IMG/VR virus record: IMGVR_UViG_3300005533_000009 | Location: 17,269 to 81,268 of that record | DNA length: 64,000 nucleotides | Direction: 5' to 3' (one strand) | From: a virus | Shown: one piece after another, positions 18,271 through 29,630 of the stretch | Numbering within the stretch: the stretch's first letter is position 1 | How the letters are laid out: each line of letters starts with the position of its first letter | Made by a program: the position numbers and the translations under genes | Notes under the pieces: model-generated | What the model saw: only the letters and a program-made list of their open reading frames with translations | Database searches by the model: none | Told to the model about the DNA's origin: nothing

Positions 18271-19438
18271 ATGGCTGTACCAACTTACTTTAGAATGGAT
18301 GGATGGGTTAAGTCAGTAACTGGTGCAGCCGTATCTGGAGCCCAGATATATGTGGCAACCCAGCCAGCAAACACTGCGTTCCTTCCCCCATCTCCGTTAG
18401 CCACCTATTTACAGTGATCCTAACGGTTTAGTTCCTATAACACAACCTATTCTTACGGATGGCTTTGGACATTATGATTTTTACGTACTTCCCGGCACAT
18501 ACACAGTTGTAGTAGGGTTGAATGGACAGGTATCTCAAGTATACCCCGATCAAAGTATAGGACAAGCTGGAGGAGGCACTAGCGGTACGGTTACCAGCGT
18601 AGGTTTAGTTGATAGCTCAGGATTTTTGACTATCACTGGATCACCAGTAACTTCAGCAGGTAATATAAGCATTGCATTTGCTACTGAGCCTGCTAATAAA
18701 GTGTTCTCTGGACCTTCCAGTGGGCCTGCTGCATCTCCTACCTTCCGTTCATTAGTATTGGCAGACCTTCCTAGCATAGGATTTTCAAACCTTACAGGAA
18801 ATATTTCTGTTAACCAGATGAACAGTGGTACTAGCGCATCTTCTTCAACTTTTTGGAGAGGTGACGGTACATGGGTAGCAGCCGGAACAGCTTTTTCGAC
18901 ATCTGGACAGGGTTGGTTCTTCCCTGATTTGGGAATTATAGGAGCAAACACTTCTTCTTCTGGACAATACACCCCAGCAAACAACGACAACGAAGTATTG
19001 GCATATCAGTTTGTATTGTTAGCTTCTTACACAATTAGAAAAATATCGGCTATACCTAATAGTGCTGGTGGTAATGGAAATGCTAGCTGCGCTATATATT
19101 CATTTGATGGAAACACAAAGTTAATAGATGCTGGAGCAAATGCATTCCCCGGCACACCGGGAGGATCAGTAGTAACTGTAAGTATTACACCTGTTACACT
19201 TAGCCCCGGTGTTTATTGGTTAGGATGCAGTTCCACAAATCACTTGATGACATCTGCTATGGGATTTACTTTGTCATCTGGTTCTGCTGGTTATTTTTCT
19301 ATTGTCAACGGAAGCCAAGTACGTACAGGTAAGGCTGCTAATAGCATGTCTGGTGGAGCTATGCCATCTACTCTTGGAGCAATTTCATCTATTTCTGATC
19401 CAGCCTCAGGGTTTGCAAGATTCTTGTTTGAATGTTAA
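18271..19438 (+). pseudogene. Fibre protein paralogous to 16780, interrupted by a +1 frameshift near 18400-18414
   Basis: MAVPTYFRMDGWVKS... (stop at 18415) continues in the +1 frame as IYSDPNGLVPITQPILTDGFGHYDFYV into ORF 18518..19438. Confidence 0.75.
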
Positions 19439-20127
19439 TGACACACAAAATTTTAATAGCAATAGTTACTTGTAACGGTAGAGAAGATTGGGTAGAAGTA
19501 ATTAGAAATACATGGATGCCCTTGGTAAAAGGAGCCGATGTACGGTTCTTTAAAGGTACAGAAGATTTGCACACTACAGAAGATAACTTTAGTGTGCAAC
19601 TTAACTGTAGAGACGATTATCAAGGGCTTCCAAATAAAGTTCAAGAAATTGTCAAATGGGCATTAAATCATGAATATGATTATATGCTTAAGTGTGACGA
19701 TGACGTGGTTATAAACCCTTGTAAGATACTTCGCTCGGGGTTCGAACAATACGATTTTGTTGGACACGAATGTGCGCCTAATAATCAGACCCCATGGGGA
19801 TTCAATTATTGGCTGTCAAAAAAGGCTATGAAAATAGTGGCCGATGATATTCTCCCCAGCGATAATAACGATGAAGCTTGGGTATCCAGAGCGATGAATC
19901 GTAATGGTATACTACTAAAACACGATGACCGCTACATGCTGCATTACGGCAGAAACTTAGGAATAATGCCAGAGCGTAGATCGCTCAGAAAGCCTGTAGA
20001 AATGCCTAAGTATGAATCAGAAATATTTTCTTGGTGTATGCATAATCACAATGTAGACAGAAAGATACTGATTCAAGAGTTTATTAGGGTGTATGAACGA
20101 GAGGTTAAGACTCAGTGCCAAAGATAA
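19432..20127 (+). CDS. GT31/Fringe-like glycosyltransferase
   Basis: IRNTW...DDYQGLPNK...YDYMLKCDDDV. Confidence 0.75.
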   Translation: MLMTHKILIAIVTCNGREDWVEVIRNTWMPLVKGADVRFFKGTEDLHTTEDNFSVQLNCRDDYQGLPNKVQEIVKWALNHEYDYMLKCDDDVVINPCKILRSGFEQYDFVGHECAPNNQTPWGFNYWLSKKAMKIVADDILPSDNNDEAWVSRAMNRNGILLKHDDRYMLHYGRNLGIMPERRSLRKPVEMPKYESEIFSWCMHNHNVDRKILIQEFIRVYEREVKTQCQR

Positions 20128-20654
20128 AAACATTTTATACTTATATGTGGCTTAGAGAAGACGGAACTCCTTACTATGTAGGTAAAGGCAGTTATAAAAA
20201 GAGAGCCTTTGAAAGACACAAGGTTGGCAATAGAATACAATATGCTCCTCCAAAAGATCGTGTTCTTATTCAAGAATTTCCTACCGAACCTGATGCTTTT
20301 GAAGCAGAAAAGTTTTTGATTTTTTACTATGGTAGAAAAGATTTAGGGACAGGAATTCTTAGAAATCAAACAGATGGAGGAGAAGGAAATACAGGTACTT
20401 CTGAAGGACATAGAAAACAGGCAGAAGCTTTAAGGGGCAGAATATTTTCGGAAGAACATAGACGTAAGATAAGTGAATCCAAAAAAGGTAATAAAGCTCG
20501 TTTAGGTATAAGAAGGACGCATTGCAAAAGAGGTCATGAATTAGTTGAAAGTAATGTTTACTTGACTCCCAAAGGCAATAGAGAATGCAAAGTTTGTAAG
20601 TCTTTTATAGCTAAGGAATATTATAAAAGGAAAAAGACAAATGCAGCATCCTAA
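20115..20654 (+). CDS. GIY-YIG homing endonuclease
   Basis: FYTYMWLREDGTPYYVGKG; NUMOD3-like SEEHRRKISES; HCKRGH module. Confidence 0.85.
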   Translation: MPKIKTFYTYMWLREDGTPYYVGKGSYKKRAFERHKVGNRIQYAPPKDRVLIQEFPTEPDAFEAEKFLIFYYGRKDLGTGILRNQTDGGEGNTGTSEGHRKQAEALRGRIFSEEHRRKISESKKGNKARLGIRRTHCKRGHELVESNVYLTPKGNRECKVCKSFIAKEYYKRKKTNAAS

Positions 20655-21600
20655 ATGTTATACATCTAGTGCCATAGGTGATGCACCTGATTTAAATAAA
20701 AATTTTATGAAAAGAGAAGAATCTGTAAGTATATATTGGGATGACGCCATTTTAAATCCCGAATATAACGATGATTCTTATTTTAAAGTTGTGCATCAGT
20801 GTGAGCCGCCAGAAACCTTAAACATAATAGACAAGTTGATTGCTAATCACCGATTCTACGACCTTATAATGGCATGGGATGAACGAGTACTAAGAGAGTG
20901 CCCTAATGCTGTATTCCTTACTGAATCCGCATGTAGTTGGCTACCTCGCAAATGGGACACAGTTGATCCATTCGGTGTGATGAATTGGGACGGTATAAAG
21001 CATAAAAATCCCGTAGAAATGAACTATGTACCTTGTGACGTGACCAAGAAAGAGTTTGCGGTTTCATTTCTTACCAGTTCTAAAAACTTTTTTCCCGGCC
21101 ACAGACTTAGACAGGAAATCTATGAAGTATTGCCCGAATCTATTGGTGATCTTAGAGTATTTAAGCATCGCTCTCCTCCTATCATTCCTGATAAGAGGGC
21201 TGTTTTAGAACCATACATGTTCAGTATAGTACCGGAGAATTCAAGACACAATGGATATTACTCAGAAAAAATCATTGATTGCTTCATCGCCAAAACCGTC
21301 CCTATCTACTGGGGAGCCCCAGATATCGGAGTACATTTTGACGAAAATGGAATCATTACCTTCTCTACTACAGAAGGATTGCACAGGATACTATCCACGC
21401 TTACTAGAACATCATATGATTCATTACTATTGGCTATACAAAATAACTATGAACTTGCTTTAAAGGGCGTACACCAGTGGGACTTAATTGAGAACTACAT
21501 AACTGCTGGGATTGAAAAGAAACGAACACAAGGTTCTGCGAGGGTTGAGTCTGTGCCTGCCGAAAAGAGCTTGATATACAGACCATTAAGAAAACAATGA
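20641..21600 (+). CDS. GT10-like (alpha-1,3-fucosyltransferase family) glycosyltransferase
   Basis: YMFSIVPENSRHNGYYSEKIIDCFIAKTVPIYWG matches the GT10 motif. Confidence 0.75.
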   Translation: MQHPKCYTSSAIGDAPDLNKNFMKREESVSIYWDDAILNPEYNDDSYFKVVHQCEPPETLNIIDKLIANHRFYDLIMAWDERVLRECPNAVFLTESACSWLPRKWDTVDPFGVMNWDGIKHKNPVEMNYVPCDVTKKEFAVSFLTSSKNFFPGHRLRQEIYEVLPESIGDLRVFKHRSPPIIPDKRAVLEPYMFSIVPENSRHNGYYSEKIIDCFIAKTVPIYWGAPDIGVHFDENGIITFSTTEGLHRILSTLTRTSYDSLLLAIQNNYELALKGVHQWDLIENYITAGIEKKRTQGSARVESVPAEKSLIYRPLRKQ

Positions 21601-22343
21601 CTCCTAGAGACACTACTATTGTGGTACTCAGTAAATATCCTACAATACTAGAACAGTTTGTAAAATACAAAGACCTCTATGCTAAAGACACTCGCTGTGT
21701 GCTGGTAGTAGATGGTGGAAGCATATTAAAAGAACATATCCCCTATGATTGGCATGTAGTGTACGGCCCACAAAAGTTTAGCATGGCTGGAAACGCTACG
21801 ATGGGCTGGATGAATGTGCCCTACACCAATGACATATTGTATATGGGAGATGATGTACTGTTCCAGCAGCCTAACACAGTCGAAGAGCTAAGAAGGCTGG
21901 CATATTCTGATCCTAAGATAGGAATGCTTTCCCCAAGAATAATTGGAGGGGCAGACAATCCTTTACAAAAGCAAGAGTCTGATAAAGAACTAATTTACTC
22001 TAACCGATACCTCGCTTTAGTATGCACTTTCATAAAGCGTGAAGTGGTCGATAAGGTAGGGTATCTGGACGATAAGACATTTGTTGGATACGGCTGGGAA
22101 GATTGTGATTACTCTAGAAGAGTAGTTAATGCTGGTTACAAACTGGCCGTAGCGCCCCAACTGTATGTTCAACATGGAGTGTTTAGAGTTCAAAACCCAG
22201 AGACGGGTGAGGGAGTTACGGGTAGGGGAACTGAAACCTTTATGCGTAATGAGAATTGGGAATACGATAAGATTCAGGAACAAACCGACGTTAATAAATG
22301 GGCTTACGAACATAAGTGGAAAGATACTAAGCAGGAGTTTTAA
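21597..22343 (+). CDS. GT2-family glycosyltransferase
   Basis: DILYMGDDV; VGYLDDKTFVGYGWEDCDYSRR. Confidence 0.8.
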   Translation: MTPRDTTIVVLSKYPTILEQFVKYKDLYAKDTRCVLVVDGGSILKEHIPYDWHVVYGPQKFSMAGNATMGWMNVPYTNDILYMGDDVLFQQPNTVEELRRLAYSDPKIGMLSPRIIGGADNPLQKQESDKELIYSNRYLALVCTFIKREVVDKVGYLDDKTFVGYGWEDCDYSRRVVNAGYKLAVAPQLYVQHGVFRVQNPETGEGVTGRGTETFMRNENWEYDKIQEQTDVNKWAYEHKWKDTKQEF

Positions 22344-23002
22344 TGCGAGTGTTATCTGGTGTACTTATATTTGCAATACCTGATCTTACTAGAATTTGTT
22401 TAAGATCATTAATAAGTACACCAACGGATGTACTTGTGGTAGATAATTGCGCTCCTCAGGATGTAAAAGAGGAAGCTTACAGATACGGAGATAGAATCAA
22501 AGTCATAACTATGGCAGAGAATACGTACTGTAACGGTGGCTGGAATGAAATCATGCAGTACGGATTAGAGCATGACTATGATCTTATAGGTCTAGGCTCT
22601 TCAGATGTTGAACTTCATCCCGGTTGGTACAATCTGGTAATCAACAGGGCTACAGAGCATCCAGACGAAATTATTCTTCCGCGAGTAGGAGAACCTGTAA
22701 GTAACGCCGATATAAACAACGTTACTATAGCCTCTTCTACTCCGGGGTTTTTCACTTTCCTACCAAAACAGGCAGTAGCACAGGTTTACCCTATACCAAG
22801 AGGCTTAAGACATTGGTTTGGGGATGAATACATGTTTACCATACTAAGACAGATTGGATGGAAGACAGTTATTCTCAATGATTTTACAGCCTATCACCAA
22901 TGGTCTTCTAATACAGCCCAGAACCCAGAGGCTTATAGAGTGATAGAGCAGGATAAACTAGAATGGCAACGACTCAGAAATCAGCACTTATTACAAAGAT
23001 AG
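22343..23002 (+). CDS. GT2-family glycosyltransferase
   Basis: VLVVDN...ENTYCNGGWN...WFGDE. Confidence 0.75.
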   Translation: MRVLSGVLIFAIPDLTRICLRSLISTPTDVLVVDNCAPQDVKEEAYRYGDRIKVITMAENTYCNGGWNEIMQYGLEHDYDLIGLGSSDVELHPGWYNLVINRATEHPDEIILPRVGEPVSNADINNVTIASSTPGFFTFLPKQAVAQVYPIPRGLRHWFGDEYMFTILRQIGWKTVILNDFTAYHQWSSNTAQNPEAYRVIEQDKLEWQRLRNQHLLQR

Positions 23003-23514
23003 ATAAAAAACCGGAAATACGTCAATTTACCACAGCAGAAGCAGCTTGGTTAGCAGCGGTTATTGATGGAGAAGGAAGCTTTGGATTGTATAACTACGGG
23101 AAAGAAGGACGTAGAGTGATGATCCAAATGGGGAATACTAATAAAAGTTTTGTAGAAGAAATGCGAAGAGTTATAGGATGTGGTTCTTCTATACGTAGGG
23201 TATCTTTTGGTAAAAGTCATATTGGAAGAAAACCTATGTATCATTATGTGTTGAAAGGCTCAGCAAGATGTTATTGGGTTTTATTTCAAATTGTTAGTTT
23301 TTTGATAATAAAAAAAGAAAAAGCCAAATCTATATTGAACGAGTTAGAAACAAAGCCATTTGGCCGATGGGCGAATGCAACGCCAGAAGCAAGGAAAAAA
23401 CAATCTGACAGACTTAAATTGCAGTGGAAAAATCCAGCTATTAGAGCAAGACGTATGGCTGGCATAAAAAAGTCCATTGCCAGAAAAAAGAAGGCTAAAA
23501 ATGGCAGAGCGTAA
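22963..23514 (+). CDS. Free-standing LAGLIDADG endonuclease
   Basis: [11 protein letters not shown]; overlaps both neighbours; no intron core seen. Confidence 0.8.
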   Translation: MATTQKSALITKIDKKPEIRQFTTAEAAWLAAVIDGEGSFGLYNYGKEGRRVMIQMGNTNKSFVEEMRRVIGCGSSIRRVSFGKSHIGRKPMYHYVLKGSARCYWVLFQIVSFLIIKKEKAKSILNELETKPFGRWANATPEARKKQSDRLKLQWKNPAIRARRMAGIKKSIARKKKAKNGRA

Positions 23515-24481
23515 AGTCGCCCTCGTTTCTGGAATCTCGGGCCAAGACGGATCATATTTGGCCGAATTACTTTTAGATAAAGGATATTCTGTACATGGAA
23601 TTCTCAGACGATCTAGTAGCTTCAATACTGGCAGAATCGACCATATATTCGACAGATTACACCTCGTTTATGGTGATCTTACCGACTCTGGATCAATTGC
23701 AGAGATTGTTTCCTCAATTCGACCAACAGAAATATACAATCTTGGTGCCCAATCTCATGTGCGCGTCAGTTTTGATGCACCCAGATACACAGCCGATGTG
23801 GATGCGATTGGAACCCTTAATTTATTGCAGGCTGTAAAGGCACATTCGCCCGAATCTAGAGTGTATCAGGCAAGTTCTAGTGAACTGTTTGGTATGCCGC
23901 TGGAAGTACCCCAAAGAGAAACAACCCCCTTTTACCCTCGTAGTCCTTACGGAGTGGCGAAGTTATTTGGTTATTGGACCGCAGTAAATTACAGAGAAAG
24001 TTACGGTATATTTGCCAGCAATGGCATATTGTTCAACCATGAATCGCCACGAAGAGGGGAAACCTTCGTATCCCGCAAGATCACTAAAGCTGTTGCTCGA
24101 ATCCACCACGGATATGAGCACAGATTGCTACTTGGCAACCTCGACGCAAAGAGGGATTGGGGATACGCTAAAGAATACGTTGAATGTATGTGGAAGATGT
24201 TACAACATGAGAAACCAGACGATTTCGTGGTGGCTACTGGAGAAACCCACACGGTTAGAGACTTTGTTACTGAAGCTTTCGAGTATGTTGGTTTGGATTG
24301 GAGTTCCTTTGTTGGGATTGATCCTAAATATTATCGTCCTGCCGAAGTGGATATACTACAAGGTGATGCTAGCAAAGCAAGAAATGCATTTGGATGGGAA
24401 CCAAGAGTAAAGTTTAAAGAACTTGTCCGTCTGATGGTAGATCACGATATAAGGGAAGAATATGGCAGGACTCAGAGATAA
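23501..24481 (+). CDS. gmd: GDP-mannose 4,6-dehydratase
   Basis: [49 protein letters not shown]. Confidence 0.95.
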   Translation: MAERKVALVSGISGQDGSYLAELLLDKGYSVHGILRRSSSFNTGRIDHIFDRLHLVYGDLTDSGSIAEIVSSIRPTEIYNLGAQSHVRVSFDAPRYTADVDAIGTLNLLQAVKAHSPESRVYQASSSELFGMPLEVPQRETTPFYPRSPYGVAKLFGYWTAVNYRESYGIFASNGILFNHESPRRGETFVSRKITKAVARIHHGYEHRLLLGNLDAKRDWGYAKEYVECMWKMLQHEKPDDFVVATGETHTVRDFVTEAFEYVGLDWSSFVGIDPKYYRPAEVDILQGDASKARNAFGWEPRVKFKELVRLMVDHDIREEYGRTQR

Positions 24482-25409
24482 AAAAGTGCTTGTTACAGGT
24501 GGTTCAGGATTTCTAGGATCACATGTAGTGGAAGAGCTTTATAAAGCAGAATGCGGAGAAGTAATTCGTTCCAGTAGTCATTACTGTGATTTAGTAAAAC
24601 CTAAAGAAGTAGATTTGTACCTAGGATGGTTAAAGCCTGATGTAATCATACATCTTGCAGCTACTTGTGGTGGTATTGGAGCTAATCAAGCTGAACCCGG
24701 AAGATTCTTTTATGAGAATTTGATGATGGGCGTTAACTTGATGGAAACTTCACGCAAGCTGGGAATAAGTAAGTTTGTGCAGGTAGGAACGGTTTGCTCT
24801 TACCCTAAGTTTTGCCCTACACCTTTTAAAGAAGAGGACTTGTGGAATGGTTATCCCGAGGAAACGAATGCGCCCTACGGCATTGCGAAGAAAGCATTGC
24901 TTACCATGGCGCAAGCCTACCGTCAACAATACGGATTCAACGCCATCTACCTCATTCCGGTTAACCTATATGGGCCAAGAGATAATTTCGACCCACAAAC
25001 GTCTCACGTAATTCCGGCTATGATAAAGAAATGTGTTGATGCACGTAACGAAGGAAGAAACACAGTAGAAGTTTGGGGTACTGGTAAAGCTAGCCGAGAA
25101 TTTCTATATGTAAGAGATGCGGCGGTTGGTATAGTAAAAGCTACAGTGCAGTATGATAGACCAGAGCCTGTTAATCTTGGCACAGGAGAAATGACTCCTC
25201 TGAGCAATCTTTATCATATAATTGCTTCATTAGTAGGTTTTAACGGAACGTTTAATTATGTGGGTGGTCCTGATGGTCAACCGCAAAGACAATTAGACAC
25301 TTCAAAAGCTCTAAGAGAATTTGAGTTTGAAGCATTTACTCCTCTATGGAAGGGTTTGGACGAAACTATAAAGTGGTATGAAGATACTTATATCAATAAG
25401 CTCGTGTGA
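24462..25409 (+). CDS. fcl: GDP-L-fucose synthase (epimerase/reductase)
   Basis: [48 protein letters not shown]. Confidence 0.93.
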   Translation: MAGLRDKKVLVTGGSGFLGSHVVEELYKAECGEVIRSSSHYCDLVKPKEVDLYLGWLKPDVIIHLAATCGGIGANQAEPGRFFYENLMMGVNLMETSRKLGISKFVQVGTVCSYPKFCPTPFKEEDLWNGYPEETNAPYGIAKKALLTMAQAYRQQYGFNAIYLIPVNLYGPRDNFDPQTSHVIPAMIKKCVDARNEGRNTVEVWGTGKASREFLYVRDAAVGIVKATVQYDRPEPVNLGTGEMTPLSNLYHIIASLVGFNGTFNYVGGPDGQPQRQLDTSKALREFEFEAFTPLWKGLDETIKWYEDTYINKLV

Positions 25410-26010
25410 AATATTTGAAAAATCAGGACTAAATGATCCTTTGCGAGAAACTTGGTTACCTGATGCAGTTAAACTGGGCATGGATTATAAGTTCTTTCAT
25501 GGAGCAGGCTCTACAGAAAAAGAAGATGTAGTTGTTCTGCCAGTAGATGATTCTTTAGGTGGATTGACCGAGAAGGCCAAAGCAAAGGCGAAATGGATGG
25601 TGGATAATGGCTATGATTATGCTTTTTCATGTTTCCCCGATACTTACGCTTGTGCTATTCGCCTCTATAATAGCGATTACGCTAAGTATGACTACTACGG
25701 TCGCATACATCAGCACGTTGGCGGTCCTCCGTATTGCCAAGGCGGTCCCGGTTATTTTCTCAGTCGTAAAGCGTGCGAAAGAATTTATCAAAATCCGACT
25801 AGCTACTTAAATGATGACTGTTGGATTGGTGACGTTTTAAATGTACCAGATATAAAAAGAGGACACTCAGACGACTTCACATATGTCGGTCCCGGCCCTC
25901 TAGTTGGGAACACTTCTATTACAAATCATCTTTCTACTCAGCCGGGAGGATTTACTCCCGAGGGGATGAGGGCAGAGCACCAAAGATGGCTAGGATCGTA
26001 TGATTATTGA
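25378..26010 (+). CDS. GT31/Fringe-like glycosyltransferase
   Basis: LRETW..YKFF..GYDY..DTY..GGPGYFLS..DDCWIG. Confidence 0.65.
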   Translation: MKILISISSCEIFEKSGLNDPLRETWLPDAVKLGMDYKFFHGAGSTEKEDVVVLPVDDSLGGLTEKAKAKAKWMVDNGYDYAFSCFPDTYACAIRLYNSDYAKYDYYGRIHQHVGGPPYCQGGPGYFLSRKACERIYQNPTSYLNDDCWIGDVLNVPDIKRGHSDDFTYVGPGPLVGNTSITNHLSTQPGGFTPEGMRAEHQRWLGSYDY

Positions 26011-26545
26011 TGCTTTTTACACATATTTGTGGCTGAGAGAAGATGGTACTCCTTACTACGTAGGAAAAGGTAAGGGAAATAGGGCATACTGGCGCAGACC
26101 TTCAGAAAAACTACAGCCTCCCACCAAAGACCGTATCATTGTGCAGGAATGGCCTTCCGAAGAAGACGCATTTGCTGCCGAAAAGTTTTTGATTGAGTAC
26201 TATGGAAGAAAAGACCAGAAACTAGGGTTATTGGTAAATTTCACTGACGGTGGAGACGGAGCTTCCGGTGCAGTTCGCACAGAAGAATTTAAAAAGAAAT
26301 TAAGAGAAGCCAACGTAGGAAAACAGATACCTGAAGAAGCAAAAGAGAAAATGCGTCAGGCCAAGATTGGTATTAAACACACCGAAACTTGGAAAGAAAA
26401 CCACCGTAAGATGATGATGGGTAGAAAACACTCTTCAGAGACTAGAAAAAAGATGTCCCAATGGCAAATTGGCAAAAAGCTTAGCGAAGAAACTAAGCAG
26501 AAAATAAGAGAGGCTGCATTACGCAGATTTAATAATGGTAATTGA
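26000..26545 (+). CDS. GIY-YIG homing endonuclease with NUMOD3-like repeats
   Basis: FYTYLWLREDGTPYYVGKG; HSSETRKKMS and SEETKQKI repeats. Confidence 0.85.
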   Translation: MIIDAFYTYLWLREDGTPYYVGKGKGNRAYWRRPSEKLQPPTKDRIIVQEWPSEEDAFAAEKFLIEYYGRKDQKLGLLVNFTDGGDGASGAVRTEEFKKKLREANVGKQIPEEAKEKMRQAKIGIKHTETWKENHRKMMMGRKHSSETRKKMSQWQIGKKLSEETKQKIREAALRRFNNGN

Positions 26546-27440
26546 TGCCTTTCCTTTTTGTGACGAACTTGATATGTTAGAGCTTCGTTTGGGGCAGATG
26601 GATGAAGTTGTAGATCATTTTGTAATGATTGAAGTAGAACGAACCTATAAAGGTGATCCTAAGCCCCTTTATTACACTCAGAATAAAGAACGATTTGCTA
26701 AATGGAACCATAAGATTCATTGCATCACCCCTTATTTAGGAATGGCAGGGTCTTGGGAATTCGAGGTTATACAACGAAATGCACTCTTGGACACAATCAA
26801 AGCCCTTACCCCAGCCCTCGGGGACACCATTACGTTTTCAGATTGCGATGAGATACCCAACCCAGACGTGGTTAGAGTTCATACACCCATATTGGGTCTT
26901 AGAAACCTCAGACAGTATACATACTGGTATAACTATAACCGACTCTTCAACTATGGCGGCAGGGCTTGGTCAAGAGCTAGAATAGGCACTATAAAGGAAA
27001 TGTATGAACGAGGGCCAATGCACTTCAGGGGTGGTCCGCAAGATGACTTGGACCCAAACTTCCCTTCAATTGATAATGGAGGATGGCATGGTACGTACTT
27101 TGGTTCTTCCATTGAGCGAATCAGAAGAAAAGTACATTCGTTCTCTCATGACGACCTTGTACCCTTCATTGACTCAAGAACAGACAAACAGATAGCAGAG
27201 GATATTCACAATGGGATTTGTATTTATCATTTGCAGGGAGTTCCACAAGCTGAAGTGGTGGATACAAATGATCCTGTTCGTGTTCCTCCGTATTTTAGAC
27301 AGAATCTATCTCGTTTCGAGCTATTCACAGATAATTTTTTTGTTAATAAGTATCGTCATTTATTTGATAATCCAGAAACAGGAAAAATCACTTCAGTTAC
27401 AGAACCAGTAAAACCAAGACACTTTAGACCATTAGGATAA
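26535..27440 (+). CDS. GT17-like (beta-1,4-GlcNAc transferase family) glycosyltransferase
   Basis: IDAFPFCDELDMLELRL..VVDHFV.IE..TYKGDPKPL; SDCDEIP; GGWH. Confidence 0.8.
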   Translation: MVIDAFPFCDELDMLELRLGQMDEVVDHFVMIEVERTYKGDPKPLYYTQNKERFAKWNHKIHCITPYLGMAGSWEFEVIQRNALLDTIKALTPALGDTITFSDCDEIPNPDVVRVHTPILGLRNLRQYTYWYNYNRLFNYGGRAWSRARIGTIKEMYERGPMHFRGGPQDDLDPNFPSIDNGGWHGTYFGSSIERIRRKVHSFSHDDLVPFIDSRTDKQIAEDIHNGICIYHLQGVPQAEVVDTNDPVRVPPYFRQNLSRFELFTDNFFVNKYRHLFDNPETGKITSVTEPVKPRHFRPLG

Positions 27441-27448
27441 CGACTCAG

Positions 27449-28771
27449 ATGTATGATGCTCAGAGAATCAATTTAATAAACTCCTTATCGGAAGACCTTT
27501 CGCCTTACGTTCCGTTTACCAAAGAATTTATACCGGGACAAACCCAAGTATTGTACTCTGGGCCTTATTGGAATCAAAAAGAATTCCAGATGGCTATGCA
27601 AGCCCTGTTGATGGGTAAATGGATAACCTCTGGAGAATATGTAGCTCGATTCCAAAACGTATTTGCTCAGTATTTTGGAGTTAAATACGCTCACATGGTT
27701 AATTCAGGAAGTTCTGCTAACCTCGTAATGATTGCAGCCCTGAAGAAGCATTTCAACTGGCAAGATGGAGATGAGGTCATTGTTTCTCCGGTAGGGTTCC
27801 CTACAACGATTGCTCCTTTGATGCAGCATGGGCTGAAGCCTGTATTTGCTGATATCGAGTTAAACACTCTCAACTTCAACTTAGATCAAGTAGAAGCCAA
27901 GATAACACCCAAAACAAAAGCCATTATAGTCTCCCCTGTATTGGGTAATCCGCCCGATATGGATAGACTAAAGAGTATGGCAGAATACCATGGCATAAAG
28001 CTAATTGGAGATAATTGTGACAGTATCGGAACCAGATGGAATACACAGCATATTAACAAATACTATTTTTGCTGGTCATCATCTTTCTATCCCGCCCACC
28101 ACATATCAACTGGAGAAGGTGGAATGGTCTGCTGTGACGATAAAAGGTTCATTGATGAAGTCAGAAGTATTTCATGGTGGGGACGTGATTGCTACTGCGT
28201 GGGTGCCGCTAACCTGTTATCCTGTGGAACCTGCGGAAAACGATTTGATAAATGGCTAGAGAATGAAGACGCTGTTATCGACCATAAGTACGTATTTACC
28301 AACGTTGGTTATAATTTAAAGCCTCTGGATTTGCAGGGGGCCATCGGTCTAGCTCAGATGGAAAAAATGCCAGATATTGAGCGTAGACGTAGAGAGTATA
28401 AGACTAAGATTTCACAATTTTTTGCTGCTGATTTACCTGTTTCTACTTATGTTCGCATGGTAGAGACGTTACCACAAGCCGATCCTTGCTGGTTTGGTGT
28501 GCCTATATATTGCCACGAACAAGTAAGAAAAGAACGCTTTGTTGCTTTCCTAGAGGAAAACAAGATTCAGACCAGAAGTTATTTTGCTGGAAACATCTTA
28601 AAGCATCCGGCGTATAAACATCTAGACGACGCTGCTAAATATCCCAATGCGAATTTGGCGCTTACCAACGTGCTATTCATTGGGTGTGCTCCCCACTATA
28701 CTCCAGAAATCATCAAGTATATCGGAGAGAAAGTTAAGATGTGGGCAGAGTTGGAGGCTAAACGTGGATGA
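27449..28771 (+). CDS. RfbH/DdhC-like NDP-4-keto-6-deoxyhexose 3-dehydrase (DegT family)
   Basis: VNSGSSANL; SFYPAHHISTGEGG (His in place of catalytic Lys); WGRDCYC...CG Fe-S motif. Confidence 0.85.
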   Translation: MYDAQRINLINSLSEDLSPYVPFTKEFIPGQTQVLYSGPYWNQKEFQMAMQALLMGKWITSGEYVARFQNVFAQYFGVKYAHMVNSGSSANLVMIAALKKHFNWQDGDEVIVSPVGFPTTIAPLMQHGLKPVFADIELNTLNFNLDQVEAKITPKTKAIIVSPVLGNPPDMDRLKSMAEYHGIKLIGDNCDSIGTRWNTQHINKYYFCWSSSFYPAHHISTGEGGMVCCDDKRFIDEVRSISWWGRDCYCVGAANLLSCGTCGKRFDKWLENEDAVIDHKYVFTNVGYNLKPLDLQGAIGLAQMEKMPDIERRRREYKTKISQFFAADLPVSTYVRMVETLPQADPCWFGVPIYCHEQVRKERFVAFLEENKIQTRSYFAGNILKHPAYKHLDDAAKYPNANLALTNVLFIGCAPHYTPEIIKYIGEKVKMWAELEAKRG

Positions 28772-29628
28772 CAAATCTAACAGTACTTGGTGGAAGAGGG
28801 TTTGTAGGTAGTACATATGTAAAAAAGTACTATGATCAAGCCGTTGGAAACATAGTAAGTATAAACGAACGAAATGATTTGAACGTGTACAGCAAGGACG
28901 TGTTGTATTTCATTAGCACTGTTCATAACTACAACGTTTTTGATAATCCAACATTAGACATAGAAACAAACCTTATAATACTTGTAAAAGTGCTGGAGAA
29001 CTGGAGAAAGCACCCAGATTCAAAAGATGGTGTGTTTAACTTTATAAGTTCATGGTTTGTATATGGTAAGCAAGAACATCCCCATGGAGTGAAAGAGGAC
29101 GCAATTTGCGACCCCAAAGGTTTTTACTCTATAACCAAGCGTTGTGCTGAACAACTCCTAATATCTTACTGCTCTACTCACAATCTTAAGTACAGAATAT
29201 TGAGATTAGGTAATGTGATTGGTGAGGGAGACAAAAAAGTTTCGGCTAGAAAGAACGCTCTTCAATACATGGTTAATCATATATTAGAAGGTAAGCCTGT
29301 CGAAGTGTATGGAGACGGTCACTTTCATCGAGACTTTATACACGTAGAAGACTGCGTAACCGCGATAGATTTAGTGATAAATAAAGGGAATGTAAACAGT
29401 ATTTATAACATAGGAAATGGCAAGATGTGGGATTTTATTACCATACTTTCCTACGTTAAAATCATGTCAAATTCTGGCAGTAAGATAGAGCACGTAGAAC
29501 CAAAAGAATTTCATAAGGCTGTACAGATACCAAGCTTTTACATGGATGTGTCTAAGCTAAAAGCACTAGGTTTTGAACCAAAGTACAAGTATGCCAAACT
29601 GTACGCCACTTTACTCAGAGAGGATTAG
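28768..29628 (+). CDS. NAD-dependent sugar epimerase/reductase (extended SDR)
   Basis: GGRGFVG; YSITK (YxxxK); RDFIHVED. Confidence 0.85.
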   Translation: MTNLTVLGGRGFVGSTYVKKYYDQAVGNIVSINERNDLNVYSKDVLYFISTVHNYNVFDNPTLDIETNLIILVKVLENWRKHPDSKDGVFNFISSWFVYGKQEHPHGVKEDAICDPKGFYSITKRCAEQLLISYCSTHNLKYRILRLGNVIGEGDKKVSARKNALQYMVNHILEGKPVEVYGDGHFHRDFIHVEDCVTAIDLVINKGNVNSIYNIGNGKMWDFITILSYVKIMSNSGSKIEHVEPKEFHKAVQIPSFYMDVSKLKALGFEPKYKYAKLYATLLRED

Positions 29629-29630
29629 CG

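Noticed and set aside
22963-23514. Intron or intein around the LAGLIDADG genes at 22963 and 62384
   Set aside because: Flanking genes look complete, no P7 GACTA/TAGTC core or intein termini were seen, and the ORFs overlap or abut their neighbours.
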